Below are positions 8,869 through 18,299 of a stretch of 64,000 bases of DNA, in pieces (position 1 is the first letter of the stretch; each line of letters begins with the position of its first letter). A model generated the notes under the pieces. That model saw only the letters and a program-made list of their open reading frames with translations. It searched no databases and was not told the DNA's origin. The stretch is from the IMG/VR virus record IMGVR_UViG_3300031418_000003. One strand, 5' to 3'. This stretch comes from a virus. Its lineage: Duplodnaviria > Caudoviricetes. A program made the translations under genes and the position numbers.

Positions 8869-10514
8869 ACTGATGCTTCCTCTAAAGTATTTGTCATTTT
8901 AATAAGTTCGATAAGCTCGCTTTTGATAGCCGGAGTAAGGTCTACTTGGTACGTTTGACCGGTAGACATTAAGGCTACGAATTCGGGATTACCGAGCAAT
9001 CCAGGTTCAATGGTGGAATCCCAACCAGAGGTAGAAAGTTCATCCAGGAAATCAGTAACGGACTTCACCAGAATGTTTTCAGTACTCGATGTGGATTGAC
9101 CAACATAGATGTCAGACAGTTCAACCAGACTATCACGATCTTTGGTAGTCAGTTTAAAGTCGTCGTCCAAGAACACCGCAGAATAGCTGGGGTTACGAAC
9201 AATCGAACACAGTTGTGCTAAATGTTCAAAGCCAAGTTCATAAAGTTTAACCTGCGCTAAACAGATAGCTGCCATCAGCTGATCATAGTTCAGTGCCGGG
9301 AACAAGTTATAGTTAATGTCGCGCTGGAAAACCAACTGCAACAGTTTCAGGTGAATAAGGGTCAGCTTGAAATCCCAAATACGCGGTAACGTATTAAAGA
9401 GTCGTTCGGCTAATGCCTGATCGCGAATACCCAATCCCAGACATTGATACTTGAAGAAGTCTTTATGTTTCTTCTCATACTCAGTATGGGTAACGCCGTT
9501 GAAATCCACCGATTGTTTCTCGATGTACATATCAAAGGTAAAGTACTCAGCCTGCGCAATTTCATCCGTACCGTTTACTGCCTGCGCAATACGATAACTT
9601 TCTGGAATCGATTGATCATCAGAACCGGGCTTTGGATCGCTGTAGGTTTTGAACTTAACATCAGACCCACCACGAATTTCACCCTCAACCAGCGAGTTCA
9701 ACTCTTTAGACAGGTTCTTGCCATTGATCTTACTTGGCAGGAATGTCAAACACAGTTTGTTGAACAGACCTTTATACACGATGTGGTCGATGTACTTGGT
9801 GTCACTCACTACCGCAATACTGTTACGGCGACCTTCTTGACGCAGACAGGAAGCACGCACATAAGTATCCAGAATTGTCCAACCTGTCATTTCAGTCAGT
9901 GCTGGAATGTGGGAGATCAGATGCTTGCCGGCAATTGCGTCTTTATAATCTTTACCGGCCATGATCGCAACATGGTCCAGCAGTTGGTTAACGATGGGGA
10001 AACAAAGTTGTGTGGCAAATGCCTGCTTAACCAGTTCACCGTATTTATAGTTGTCGATAGTGGTTTCTACTGGATAGTCACCCAGCTGAGACATCGCCAT
10101 CAAATCCGGTGGGGCGTTAGTGCGTCCTGTGATGGTTGCACCGTAAACGATATCTGCCGGTGGAAACTCGCGGTACATTTCATTAACCACAGGGACCAGG
10201 CGTTCGGTCAGAAACTTGTAGTCTTGGTTGTTGCGGCGCAGTTCAATCAGTTCATCAGTTTCTGGTTCATCGAAATAACCGGGAGAGATGATACGCTTAC
10301 CTTGACGTAACAAGTACCACAGTTTATCTAATTTAGGTTGTGGTGTTCCCTCGAAGAACTCGTTGAGATACTCGAACAGTTCTTGGTTTGCGTCACCCCC
10401 GTTAACTTTTTGACTACCATTAAAGATGATCTCTTCACCGTTATGTCTGACAACAATGCCGTCGATATTCTTCTTACCGGACATTCGAGTACCGTAATAC
10501 ATATAGTTCTCCAA
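8865..10514 (-). CDS. Probable nvRNAP promoter-specificity subunit (phiKZ gp68-like)
   Basis: 549 aa; canonical position in the nvRNAP cluster; early motif upstream. Confidence 0.65.
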   Translation of the reverse strand: MENYMYYGTRMSGKKNIDGIVVRHNGEEIIFNGSQKVNGGDANQELFEYLNEFFEGTPQPKLDKLWYLLRQGKRIISPGYFDEPETDELIELRRNNQDYKFLTERLVPVVNEMYREFPPADIVYGATITGRTNAPPDLMAMSQLGDYPVETTIDNYKYGELVKQAFATQLCFPIVNQLLDHVAIMAGKDYKDAIAGKHLISHIPALTEMTGWTILDTYVRASCLRQEGRRNSIAVVSDTKYIDHIVYKGLFNKLCLTFLPSKINGKNLSKELNSLVEGEIRGGSDVKFKTYSDPKPGSDDQSIPESYRIAQAVNGTDEIAQAEYFTFDMYIEKQSVDFNGVTHTEYEKKHKDFFKYQCLGLGIRDQALAERLFNTLPRIWDFKLTLIHLKLLQLVFQRDINYNLFPALNYDQLMAAICLAQVKLYELGFEHLAQLCSIVRNPSYSAVFLDDDFKLTTKDRDSLVELSDIYVGQSTSSTENILVKSVTDFLDELSTSGWDSTIEPGLLGNPEFVALMSTGQTYQVDLTPAIKSELIELIKMTNTLEEASV

Positions 10515-10636
10515 ATAAACTATTATAGGTTATACACGCTAATAATATCTGCCTAAAAATATTTAAGCGTATATAAAAAGAAGAGATTAGTAGCCTATAT
10601 ATTGAACTTGGTGTTTTTATTCATAATACATATATA

Positions 10637-10666
10637 GAACTCCTGGCCCGTGAAGGCCAGGAGTTC
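10637..10666. terminator. Intrinsic terminator hairpin
   Basis: gaactcctggcc/ggccaggagttc stem. Confidence 0.7.
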
Positions 10667-10685
10667 AGTTTAATTGCGTTACTGC

Positions 10686-11474
10686 TTAGAAGTCGATATC
10701 GTCAGCGAAGTCCTGTGGAGGTGCTTGGCGAGTTTGTCCACCGCCTGAATTACCACCACCATTTCCGTTCCAGTTTGAACCGCCGCCCTGGTTGCCGCCT
10801 GAGTTGTTGTTGCCACCGCCCCAGTTGTTTCCCCCGCGATTACCGCCGCCGTTATTATTACCGCCGTTCTCACCTTTCTTCTCACGAGGTTTGAAGTTGT
10901 TGTACTCGTAATCGTCCAGGAAACGTTTGGAGAAGTCCAGGAAAGCTTTGCAGTACACACGGGACATCAGACCGCGATCTTCGCGTGGTTCACCTTCACC
11001 GCTGGCGATCATGATGATCGAGTCATACGGAGAAGTGAATGGGAACATCACCTTGTAGGTACCTTTGGTGTAACCGACCAGGATACGACCTTCGCTATCG
11101 CGCATGATAGTAAAGGTAGCCAGAGTTGATGGATGATCGTTCAGACGACCGCTGCCACCGAACACGGTTTTCTTCACGTGATACTGAGACTTGGTAAAGT
11201 TCGGGTTGTTGATCGCTTCTTCCATCAGGCCAAAGAGTGCACCGCGGTCAGCCCAGCTCAGTTCTACTTCTTTGTTTTTGGCGTTCTTGTCATCACGACC
11301 CCAAATGCCGTCGTTGACTTTGAAGTAGATGTTACCGTTCAAGCCACATTCCCAGGTCCAACGTGCTGGGTGCTTAGCGCCCTCAACCGGTTTATCGGAC
11401 TTAGGCATCGGATAACGAAAGTCGTTGAATACGGTTTGTGGACGGCGCTGTACTTGATCTTGAGGGAAAGACAT
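10686..11474 (-). CDS. Putative single-stranded DNA-binding protein
   Basis: Folded N-terminal part, G/N-rich linker and acidic-aromatic tip DFADDIDF as in SSBs. Confidence 0.55.
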   Translation of the reverse strand: MSFPQDQVQRRPQTVFNDFRYPMPKSDKPVEGAKHPARWTWECGLNGNIYFKVNDGIWGRDDKNAKNKEVELSWADRGALFGLMEEAINNPNFTKSQYHVKKTVFGGSGRLNDHPSTLATFTIMRDSEGRILVGYTKGTYKVMFPFTSPYDSIIMIASGEGEPREDRGLMSRVYCKAFLDFSKRFLDDYEYNNFKPREKKGENGGNNNGGGNRGGNNWGGGNNNSGGNQGGGSNWNGNGGGNSGGGQTRQAPPQDFADDIDF

Positions 11475-11490
11475 AGTGGTGTTCCTTTTA

Positions 11491-12285
11491 TTAAATCATT
11501 TTCAATAGGATATCTTTCTCTGGACTGTTATTCAGAGAACGGATTGAGCGTGCGACCATTTGCGGGGTTGAAGCTGTACTCCAGTGAGCCGCATCCGCAA
11601 GTTGTCTTATTTCGTTTTTCACTGCGATGGATTGAGAATAGAAACTCATGGAGTTATCTCCAAAGATTTGTATTGTCAACTTGTTCATCGGAATGTTAGT
11701 GATCTTATCTGAACCTGTGAGCTTAGTATAGAAGAGTGTGTAATTCTTTATTGCGCCTGTGTGGGATTCCAACAGGTTAAGTCTCGCATAAGAATCCGTG
11801 GTGACCAGATCAACAGGGTGAGCTGTTAATATAAGTGCCTGTCCTGCAAACTGCGGAACAACACTGTCAACATGGTTAATGTTCTTACCGAACTCGGGCA
11901 ACAACTTATCGATCACACTCTTATCTAATACAGCGAACTCACGTTCTTTGGTTCCTTCCTTTCCCATTCCCTTGAGTTTGGCCATTGGAAACAATCTGGG
12001 TAATCCCTTATACGAGGGATAATAAAACTTGATGTCCAGATCGGTCTTCAACTTCATTGCTGCAATAAACTCTGCCAGGCCAACAATGTCTTCTTTGCAC
12101 GCCTGAAACAATTCAGAAGTGGTAGGAGTATATTGATCATAGGCTTGGCGAGCATTGCGGACAATAACCCTCAGGTTAATAAGAAAGGTGTGGAAACGGT
12201 GCATAGGTGCATTGGGAAGAGCCTCTAATGCGAGAGCTGTCCCCACACTTATGGGTACCGTACCTTTAACCCTTTCAGTCGACAT
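11491..12285 (-). CDS. Conserved core protein, possibly 5'-nuclease/PIN-like fold
   Basis: 264 aa coupled to the SbcD-like gene; fold guess is weak. Confidence 0.5.
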   Translation of the reverse strand: MSTERVKGTVPISVGTALALEALPNAPMHRFHTFLINLRVIVRNARQAYDQYTPTTSELFQACKEDIVGLAEFIAAMKLKTDLDIKFYYPSYKGLPRLFPMAKLKGMGKEGTKEREFAVLDKSVIDKLLPEFGKNINHVDSVVPQFAGQALILTAHPVDLVTTDSYARLNLLESHTGAIKNYTLFYTKLTGSDKITNIPMNKLTIQIFGDNSMSFYSQSIAVKNEIRQLADAAHWSTASTPQMVARSIRSLNNSPEKDILLKMI

Positions 12286-13411
12286 TCATTACCTCATCGA
12301 GTATTTCTCCCAACAGCTGGCGGTCGATATCGTCATTCTGTTGTAGAGTGGATTCCATAAAGTTAAACAAACTATCCTTAAGGTTTCCTTTCGTCAATGC
12401 CACGCCGTTATACATCTCTGGCGTATAGAGGGTGTCGTCAACTTCAATGTTTTCTTCTTTTACGTTTTCCAGGTCGAATACGTACTGCGGATACTGTTCC
12501 TTGTAATCATTAATCAGAGAACTTGTTACTGATGATAACCCACCCACTAAACGGATATGGGTGTTTTTAGGTGGAAGCTTGGCCAAATAGTTATTCAGCT
12601 CTTTTGCAATCGCCTTGGAATCCATTTCTTTGTTGATCAGGATTTTATCATAGATTAACGCATTCTTGTTTTCCCAAAACTCAGCCTTGAAGTCCTTGTC
12701 ATTAAACTCAAAACGATAAGCCCCTTTTGGGTGCATCTCACCAAATGCCGTACGGTCAAAAGAACCTGCACAGTAAATGTTGTATCGTGTTGACGGCTTA
12801 TGGATATGTCCGCTGAAGATTGCTTTCTTAGCCAACGCGCTCCACTTAACAGAATCGTACAACGCCCCTTTCTTATTCGCCATCGGTGGAAGCTGATAAT
12901 CGAATCCACCGTGCAAGAAGATAAAGTCAACCTGAGTCAGATTCCACTCACCTAACAGTTTCAGGGCATTGTCATAAATAATATCGGTGGACGTATGACC
13001 AAAGTTATCCGGCACATACATGCAGTGGATGTTTAACTCTGGGATAAACTCAATACTCAATGTATTAATGTACTTGATGTAGGGGCTGTCTTTGGGTTTT
13101 AAAATATCAAAACACTCAGGTTGCCCCCAATCGTGAGAAGATGTTCCTTCCAACACACGGACATGTACTTTCTTATCGTGACAGATCTGCAGGTGCTTTT
13201 TAATCCAACGATGACAGAGCATCATGTTAGGATCATTGGCCGGTGCGAGATCGTGAAAGAAATCTCCGTTCAATACGTTAAGGTCGATTTCATCCAGATT
13301 CGTCTCTTTATAATAGAACGTATCCAGATTACCCAGAATGTGACGAGTGGGAGTATTCGGGTGTATGGTGTGGTGATCGGTGGTCAGTACCGCTTTAAAC
13401 ATCTTTTTCAT
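12275..13411 (-). CDS. sbcD: SbcD/Mre11-like metallophosphoesterase nuclease
   Basis: TDHH, NGDFFH, GTSSHD, HGG and SGHIH motifs. Confidence 0.85.
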   Translation of the reverse strand: MKKMFKAVLTTDHHTIHPNTPTRHILGNLDTFYYKETNLDEIDLNVLNGDFFHDLAPANDPNMMLCHRWIKKHLQICHDKKVHVRVLEGTSSHDWGQPECFDILKPKDSPYIKYINTLSIEFIPELNIHCMYVPDNFGHTSTDIIYDNALKLLGEWNLTQVDFIFLHGGFDYQLPPMANKKGALYDSVKWSALAKKAIFSGHIHKPSTRYNIYCAGSFDRTAFGEMHPKGAYRFEFNDKDFKAEFWENKNALIYDKILINKEMDSKAIAKELNNYLAKLPPKNTHIRLVGGLSSVTSSLINDYKEQYPQYVFDLENVKEENIEVDDTLYTPEMYNGVALTKGNLKDSLFNFMESTLQQNDDIDRQLLGEILDEVMNVD

Positions 13412-13440
13412 ATTGGTCCTTTACACCCGATATACTTGAA

Positions 13441-14235
13441 TTAATCAACTAACGGGTCAATTTCTTTCTGAGAGGCAGAAGAAGAATCTTTGGTTTCTAC
13501 TACATGCTCCCCGTCGTAGAAAATAAATGTCCCGTTAGTAATTTCATGAATCAACTCTCTTTCTTTTTTGTAGATGGGTTCTTTCAATGCGTTACGTTTC
13601 AGAATATCTTCGATCTGAATCAGTAACTCTTCGTTACCATTAACCGGGACACCTTTGTAACTGAAGTTATCACGAATGTAGATCAGCTGCTTCATAATGT
13701 AGAAGTTCACCCCTTTGGAGATATAATACTCCCAGGGAATCATCATGGTCAGGGTATCGTAATCCTGGTTCTGCTCAGTAAGTTTCTGAACGATCTCAGT
13801 CAGTGTTCCCAGAGCTTGGTCGACTTCTGCTTTGTTCGGGTTAAATTTAGCATTAGCGCCAATTTTGTTAACGTGGTATTCCAGATAACTGCGGCTATTG
13901 GGACTCATGTCAATATCAGTAAACTTACGAATCAACAGTACCGGTTCTTTGTCTTCATTTAAGACAATCACACCCTTTGTGAAGGCATCGGTTAAACGGT
14001 ACCATTCTGATTGGTTGAAGTAGTTAACACCGTTCACAAAGCCGATGGCAAACTGTGACAACCAGTTATTGACGAAGTACTCTTCTTCCATCAACACGTA
14101 TTCGGCAAACTCGCCATCAGGTAACTGAATGACGTTTTTACCGGCGATCTCTACCGACTTAATCGACTGGAGGAATTCCAGCATCTTGCCGTGTTTGATT
14201 TTATCAACATTTTCAAAATCTTGTTCAGTTGCCAT
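13441..14235 (-). CDS. Conserved hypothetical protein
   Basis: 264 aa ORF in operon. Confidence 0.75.
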   Translation of the reverse strand: MATEQDFENVDKIKHGKMLEFLQSIKSVEIAGKNVIQLPDGEFAEYVLMEEEYFVNNWLSQFAIGFVNGVNYFNQSEWYRLTDAFTKGVIVLNEDKEPVLLIRKFTDIDMSPNSRSYLEYHVNKIGANAKFNPNKAEVDQALGTLTEIVQKLTEQNQDYDTLTMMIPWEYYISKGVNFYIMKQLIYIRDNFSYKGVPVNGNEELLIQIEDILKRNALKEPIYKKERELIHEITNGTFIFYDGEHVVETKDSSSASQKEIDPLVD

Positions 14236-14644
14236 TGTTTAATTCTCTCGCTGCATCAATGAGTTTATAAGACCCACCTTCAATATAAACCGCGTGGGCA
14301 AGGTCGTATTTCTTACCATCTTGGGTAACGATACCAGAAAGTATAAGGGTAAACATTTTGTCTCCCTCATTGGCACGTTTTGCATGAGCATCAACCGAGA
14401 CGGCATCGAAGATTTGCAACATATACTCGCTGAGGTTTTGTTTTATGTCAGCGAGGAATAACTCTTCGCTGCCCTTGTCATCTTGGTGGTTGGCGACGAC
14501 AAACTGGTAAGAGTGCACGTTGCGAATCACAATACATTGATCGATACGGTTAGCAAACCAATACGCAATTGCTCTGTCAATCTTAACGGTAGGTTCTTGA
14601 ATGAATCCAAGGGTATCCATTGAACCGACTACACCTTTAGGCAT
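14225..14644 (-). CDS. Conserved hypothetical protein
   Basis: 139 aa ORF with GGAG RBS. Confidence 0.75.
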   Translation of the reverse strand: MPKGVVGSMDTLGFIQEPTVKIDRAIAYWFANRIDQCIVIRNVHSYQFVVANHQDDKGSEELFLADIKQNLSEYMLQIFDAVSVDAHAKRANEGDKMFTLILSGIVTQDGKKYDLAHAVYIEGGSYKLIDAARELNNGN

Positions 14645-14710
14645 TTCTTTTCTCCAGGAATATTCATGATCAAAAGATAAAGAAACAAAAAAAAAATAAG
14701 AGATGAAGAT

Positions 14711-14740
14711 TCAGGATCTCCCAATGAAGGGAGATCCTGA
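14711..14740. terminator. Intrinsic terminator hairpin
   Basis: tcaggatctccc/gggagatcctga stem with an A-run (minus-strand U tract). Confidence 0.7.
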
Positions 14741-14744
14741 GGTC

Positions 14745-14909
14745 TTAGTTACGTTTGGCCATTTGATGCGTTGGGGTCAAGAGTACTTTGAGTGCATCCT
14801 TGATTCCTTGGAAAGCAGCATAACCAAATACAATTGCACCGATCCCACCAAAGAAAGCAGCCACAATTGCAACGTCGTCAGGAGTAGTTGAGCTAAAGAA
14901 ATGAAACAT
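14745..14909 (-). CDS. Small membrane protein (54 aa, not in ORF track)
   Basis: MFHFFSSTTPDDVAIVAAFFGGIGAIVFGYAAF...; GAGG RBS; one hydrophobic helix. Confidence 0.6.
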   Translation of the reverse strand: MFHFFSSTTPDDVAIVAAFFGGIGAIVFGYAAFQGIKDALKVLLTPTHQMAKRN

Positions 14910-14999
14910 AATCGCCTCTCACTATATCAGATAAGTTTAAACTGTTTAGGTTTACTACTTAGATGATATAGGTCTGAAACCAAATGCAGATGAATTAGA

Positions 15000-15722
15000 T
15001 CAGTCTTTTATCTGATCCCAAGTCTCACTGCACAAGGTGATGGACTCTGGTAATTTCTTTTCAGCAAAAAGTTGTTCAACAATCGGATAAGCAACTTCTG
15101 CGTCAGTACCGTATACCAGGGAAACGTGGAGCAAAAGATCATCGAAGGAATGTTTAAATCCTTCCTTGACCAGTTCTTTGTGTCGCTCAAGCACAGCATC
15201 GGATTCCAGAACAAGAGCACAAGCTCGCCATTTGGAACCCACTTTACCCAACATCTTCACGCCCACAATCCTGGCTTTATAAACCTTGTTAGATAGGGAT
15301 GGAACAATATCGGGATTCGATTCATCGTACATGATTGTGGCATGCAACTTATTCGATGGAATAAGATCCAGTTCTTCACAAGCTGGAACGATGACGTTAT
15401 ACAGTTTTGTACCACTTGCTAAATCAACATGTAACTCAGCATATCCGTGATTGGACATAAGTTTATTGACCTTCTTAATTTTACCTGCACTAACAGCATA
15501 AAGTGCAGAGTCCACACATTCGGTTAAATGACGTCCTATCAAAGTCTTATCTTTCTTAAAACGGTCTTTAAGAATAAGAAGAAGATGTTCCTCAGTCAAA
15601 CCATTGGTACCAAATTCAAGTTTAGCAATGCGGTTTTCATCGCTGTCGTAAACTTTGTACTGACCCGATTGAGATGAAACACATCTAATCGTTCCCTCAT
15701 CACTTCGATGAATTGTCGGCAT
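15000..15722 (-). CDS. acb1: Acb1-like (T4 gp57B-like) 2H phosphoesterase with N-terminal extension
   Basis: Two HxT/S motifs: KLHATIMY and HSFDDLLLHVSLVY; LVLESDAVLERH matches the Acb1 layout. Confidence 0.75.
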   Translation of the reverse strand: MPTIHRSDEGTIRCVSSQSGQYKVYDSDENRIAKLEFGTNGLTEEHLLLILKDRFKKDKTLIGRHLTECVDSALYAVSAGKIKKVNKLMSNHGYAELHVDLASGTKLYNVIVPACEELDLIPSNKLHATIMYDESNPDIVPSLSNKVYKARIVGVKMLGKVGSKWRACALVLESDAVLERHKELVKEGFKHSFDDLLLHVSLVYGTDAEVAYPIVEQLFAEKKLPESITLCSETWDQIKD

Positions 15723-15882
15723 CTCGTTTACTCGCTTCTAAGATGAACTGGCGCTTTTGTTCACGGGTTAATCCAATCGGCATGTTGATCTTCTTTTCAG
15801 CCAATGCTTTATTCATTCTGTCTTGATCAATAACAACAACCGTTCCCGCTACTTGAAGACGACCGCGAATAACACTTTTCAT
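15700..15882 (-). CDS. Small hypothetical protein
   Basis: GGAGG RBS before MKSVIRG. Confidence 0.65.
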   Translation of the reverse strand: MKSVIRGRLQVAGTVVVIDQDRMNKALAEKKINMPIGLTREQKRQFILEASKRDADNSSK

Positions 15883-15949
15883 TATCCCTCCATACAAAAA
15901 AAAATAAGAAGAAAAGGTAACCTACCCAATTGGGTAGGTTACGCTTCAA

Positions 15950-16612
15950 TTACTCTTCGTTGGCTTCTGCTTCTTTACGACGTTCTTCCACTTCTTCAAG
16001 AGAAAGGATATTCGTATTCGATACAGAAGTTGGGTCGAACAGGTTGTTGGCAATATGCAGGTTAGTGGCTTGCCAGGTACGATGGATTCCTACACGCTCA
16101 GAAATACTCAGGTGAGTTAACTGATCACGTGAACTGGAGAAGACCGTACGATTCAGAGTATTTTCCTCTTTATCGAAGATCACTTTACCATCGATAGAAC
16201 GATTATAGAAATAGTTCTCACGACCAATACCGGTACAGGCATTATGGAAATCTCCATCATAACCAGACACTTGTCCAGTTTGATAGAGCGCCTGCAGTTG
16301 TGGGTTGGCCATTATGTAATCTCGCATGAAGCCCAGAGCCTGTTGCTGATATTGGACTTCAGAGAGATAACCGATTTCAAACCGACCTACATACTGACCG
16401 TCTTTCCCGTTAACACGATTACTGAATTCCCACATACGACTATTCATAAAGTTAGTATGCAGTTCTTTAACGGAGTTGAGAGTATCTCCAAGCCAACCAG
16501 ACAGGTTGTCATATTTCTGATACATGTTGGCCATGTAACCATCGAACACGGCAGCACTACTATCAGTCATCGACCCACTGGTTGCTCTCATAAAGGCAGC
16601 AGTTACGTTCAA
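15950..16612 (-). CDS. Conserved hypothetical protein downstream of nvRNAP beta' N
   Basis: 220 aa ORF in core synteny. Confidence 0.75.
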   Translation of the reverse strand: MNVTAAFMRATSGSMTDSSAAVFDGYMANMYQKYDNLSGWLGDTLNSVKELHTNFMNSRMWEFSNRVNGKDGQYVGRFEIGYLSEVQYQQQALGFMRDYIMANPQLQALYQTGQVSGYDGDFHNACTGIGRENYFYNRSIDGKVIFDKEENTLNRTVFSSSRDQLTHLSISERVGIHRTWQATNLHIANNLFDPTSVSNTNILSLEEVEERRKEAEANEE

Positions 16613-16614
16613 AG

Positions 16615-18207
16615 CTATTCCTCTGCGATTGGTTCGCTCAGTAATACAGAGTTGATATTTAACAAGTTGGTTTTTGTATGGGTACCAAAACGACTCACTT
16701 TAAAGAGTTTATTTGGATCCAACATCTGATGGTGACCCCAGCTACTGTATGCTTCGATCTTAGAGGCCATATCTGGCAAGAAGATCACATACATCGCATC
16801 GCCATCAAAGTCGGCACCATATTCCTTAACAGTGGTGATTGGAATACGGATAGACTTGTCATCCAGGTCACGGGAGAATTTAACAAAGAACGCACGGGCA
16901 GACAGATACTGAATCGACGGATTTCGACCCGCTGTCGCCATTGCCAGTTTGTTATCTTCAATCCATGTATAGAACTCTTCAATCAATGGATGACGATAGT
17001 TGTTCGCCGTACGGATAATGCGTTTTACCTGTAACGGTGTATACCCTTTACGATATAACCAACCGGTCAGATGTTTATCCAGACAAGTCAAACCATACAG
17101 CCACGGAAGTACAATGGTATCAGAACGACACACGCCCGATTCACCGGTAATGATAGAACGACCGGTCATAGGAAGCTTACCTGCCCCCGCATGATATCGA
17201 ATCATTCCTTTCTTACCAAACAGAATGTTCTTCTGTACTTCCATCAGAGCATCAACCAAAGCCTTCATGTTTTTACCCATGAGGTCTTCGTTCTCTTCTG
17301 CTCGCACATCATCAATCGGATAAGTATCCGCTAATGTGAAATAGATCTTGTCCAGATCCGTTTGTTCTTTATTGACATAACGGTCACGCTGATCAGATTC
17401 AACCACCGTGGTAATTTTGTTAGGTAATGGAAGATAATTAAACACCGCTTTGGTTTTGAACTCTTGCCAAAACGCTGCAAAGTCTTCACGATCCTTTTCG
17501 TTCAGATCGAGTACTTTGCTGATATCGTGTTCAATCGCTGACATTACAATAAGGTCAAGGTTATCGATAAAGCTATTATAGCCAAACTCGATATCCAATG
17601 CCGCGCGGAAGCTCTCGATCTTTGCCGCAATTTTAAATGCGTTGTTATTTGGATCCCGGAATTTCTTGTCATCGCGGATGGTTGGATTAATCCAATATTC
17701 CACTAAGTTGACTTTCGGGGACTTGGTGTTCAGTTTACTGAAGAAGATTGCCCACATGGCTGGACTGATAAAGCCAGACACATAAGCCGGTTTCTTTAAC
17801 CAGACAATCGTTTCAATCTGCTGAGACAGAGGTTTAACAACTTCATGCCCACAGTTGTCACAGACAAACTTCATGTCTTCATACATGTTGCTACGATACT
17901 TCTTACATTGACAAGATGCGACAGTGTCGAAGTTATTTCCTTCAAACTCTGTACGCAACAGTTCAATGATAGCTTCACGGTCTTCTTCAATGTTGAAGTC
18001 GAAGTCATTCAGATAAACAGGTGGTCTGATACTCAGATCGTGTTTAACATTGAAATCTTCGAAATCAGGATACAAGGGTGTATAGAAGCGAGGATCATCC
18101 TGACGTGGTGTTACCCCACTTGCTTTAATAATGTCATTAAATAACGCACTCGGAACCATGTTATTGTCCGCGTAGTTATTTAGAATGTCCGCTACCGTTG
18201 TCGACAT
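16615..18207 (-). CDS. Non-virion RNA polymerase beta' N-terminal subunit (phiKZ gp55-like)
   Basis: Catalytic GADFDGDA; CQC...CDNC zinc ribbon; RNPSI. Confidence 0.92.
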   Translation of the reverse strand: MSTTVADILNNYADNNMVPSALFNDIIKASGVTPRQDDPRFYTPLYPDFEDFNVKHDLSIRPPVYLNDFDFNIEEDREAIIELLRTEFEGNNFDTVASCQCKKYRSNMYEDMKFVCDNCGHEVVKPLSQQIETIVWLKKPAYVSGFISPAMWAIFFSKLNTKSPKVNLVEYWINPTIRDDKKFRDPNNNAFKIAAKIESFRAALDIEFGYNSFIDNLDLIVMSAIEHDISKVLDLNEKDREDFAAFWQEFKTKAVFNYLPLPNKITTVVESDQRDRYVNKEQTDLDKIYFTLADTYPIDDVRAEENEDLMGKNMKALVDALMEVQKNILFGKKGMIRYHAGAGKLPMTGRSIITGESGVCRSDTIVLPWLYGLTCLDKHLTGWLYRKGYTPLQVKRIIRTANNYRHPLIEEFYTWIEDNKLAMATAGRNPSIQYLSARAFFVKFSRDLDDKSIRIPITTVKEYGADFDGDAMYVIFLPDMASKIEAYSSWGHHQMLDPNKLFKVSRFGTHTKTNLLNINSVLLSEPIAEE

Positions 18208-18299
18208 AAAAAATAAACCCTATGAGTAAAACAAGGACATCAGGGGTTAGCCCGATGTCCTTGTCATGGTTGTTAATTACCGTTACCGGTCAGTATCAA

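Noticed and set aside
9444-10310. 288 aa plus-strand ORF (and similar ones at 3997, 4564, 11133, 16244 and 27906)
   Set aside because: Antisense to well-supported core genes; explained by codon bias
10730-10870. Tandem ccgcc/gttgtt repeats
   Set aside because: They simply encode the Gly/Asn linker of the SSB-like protein
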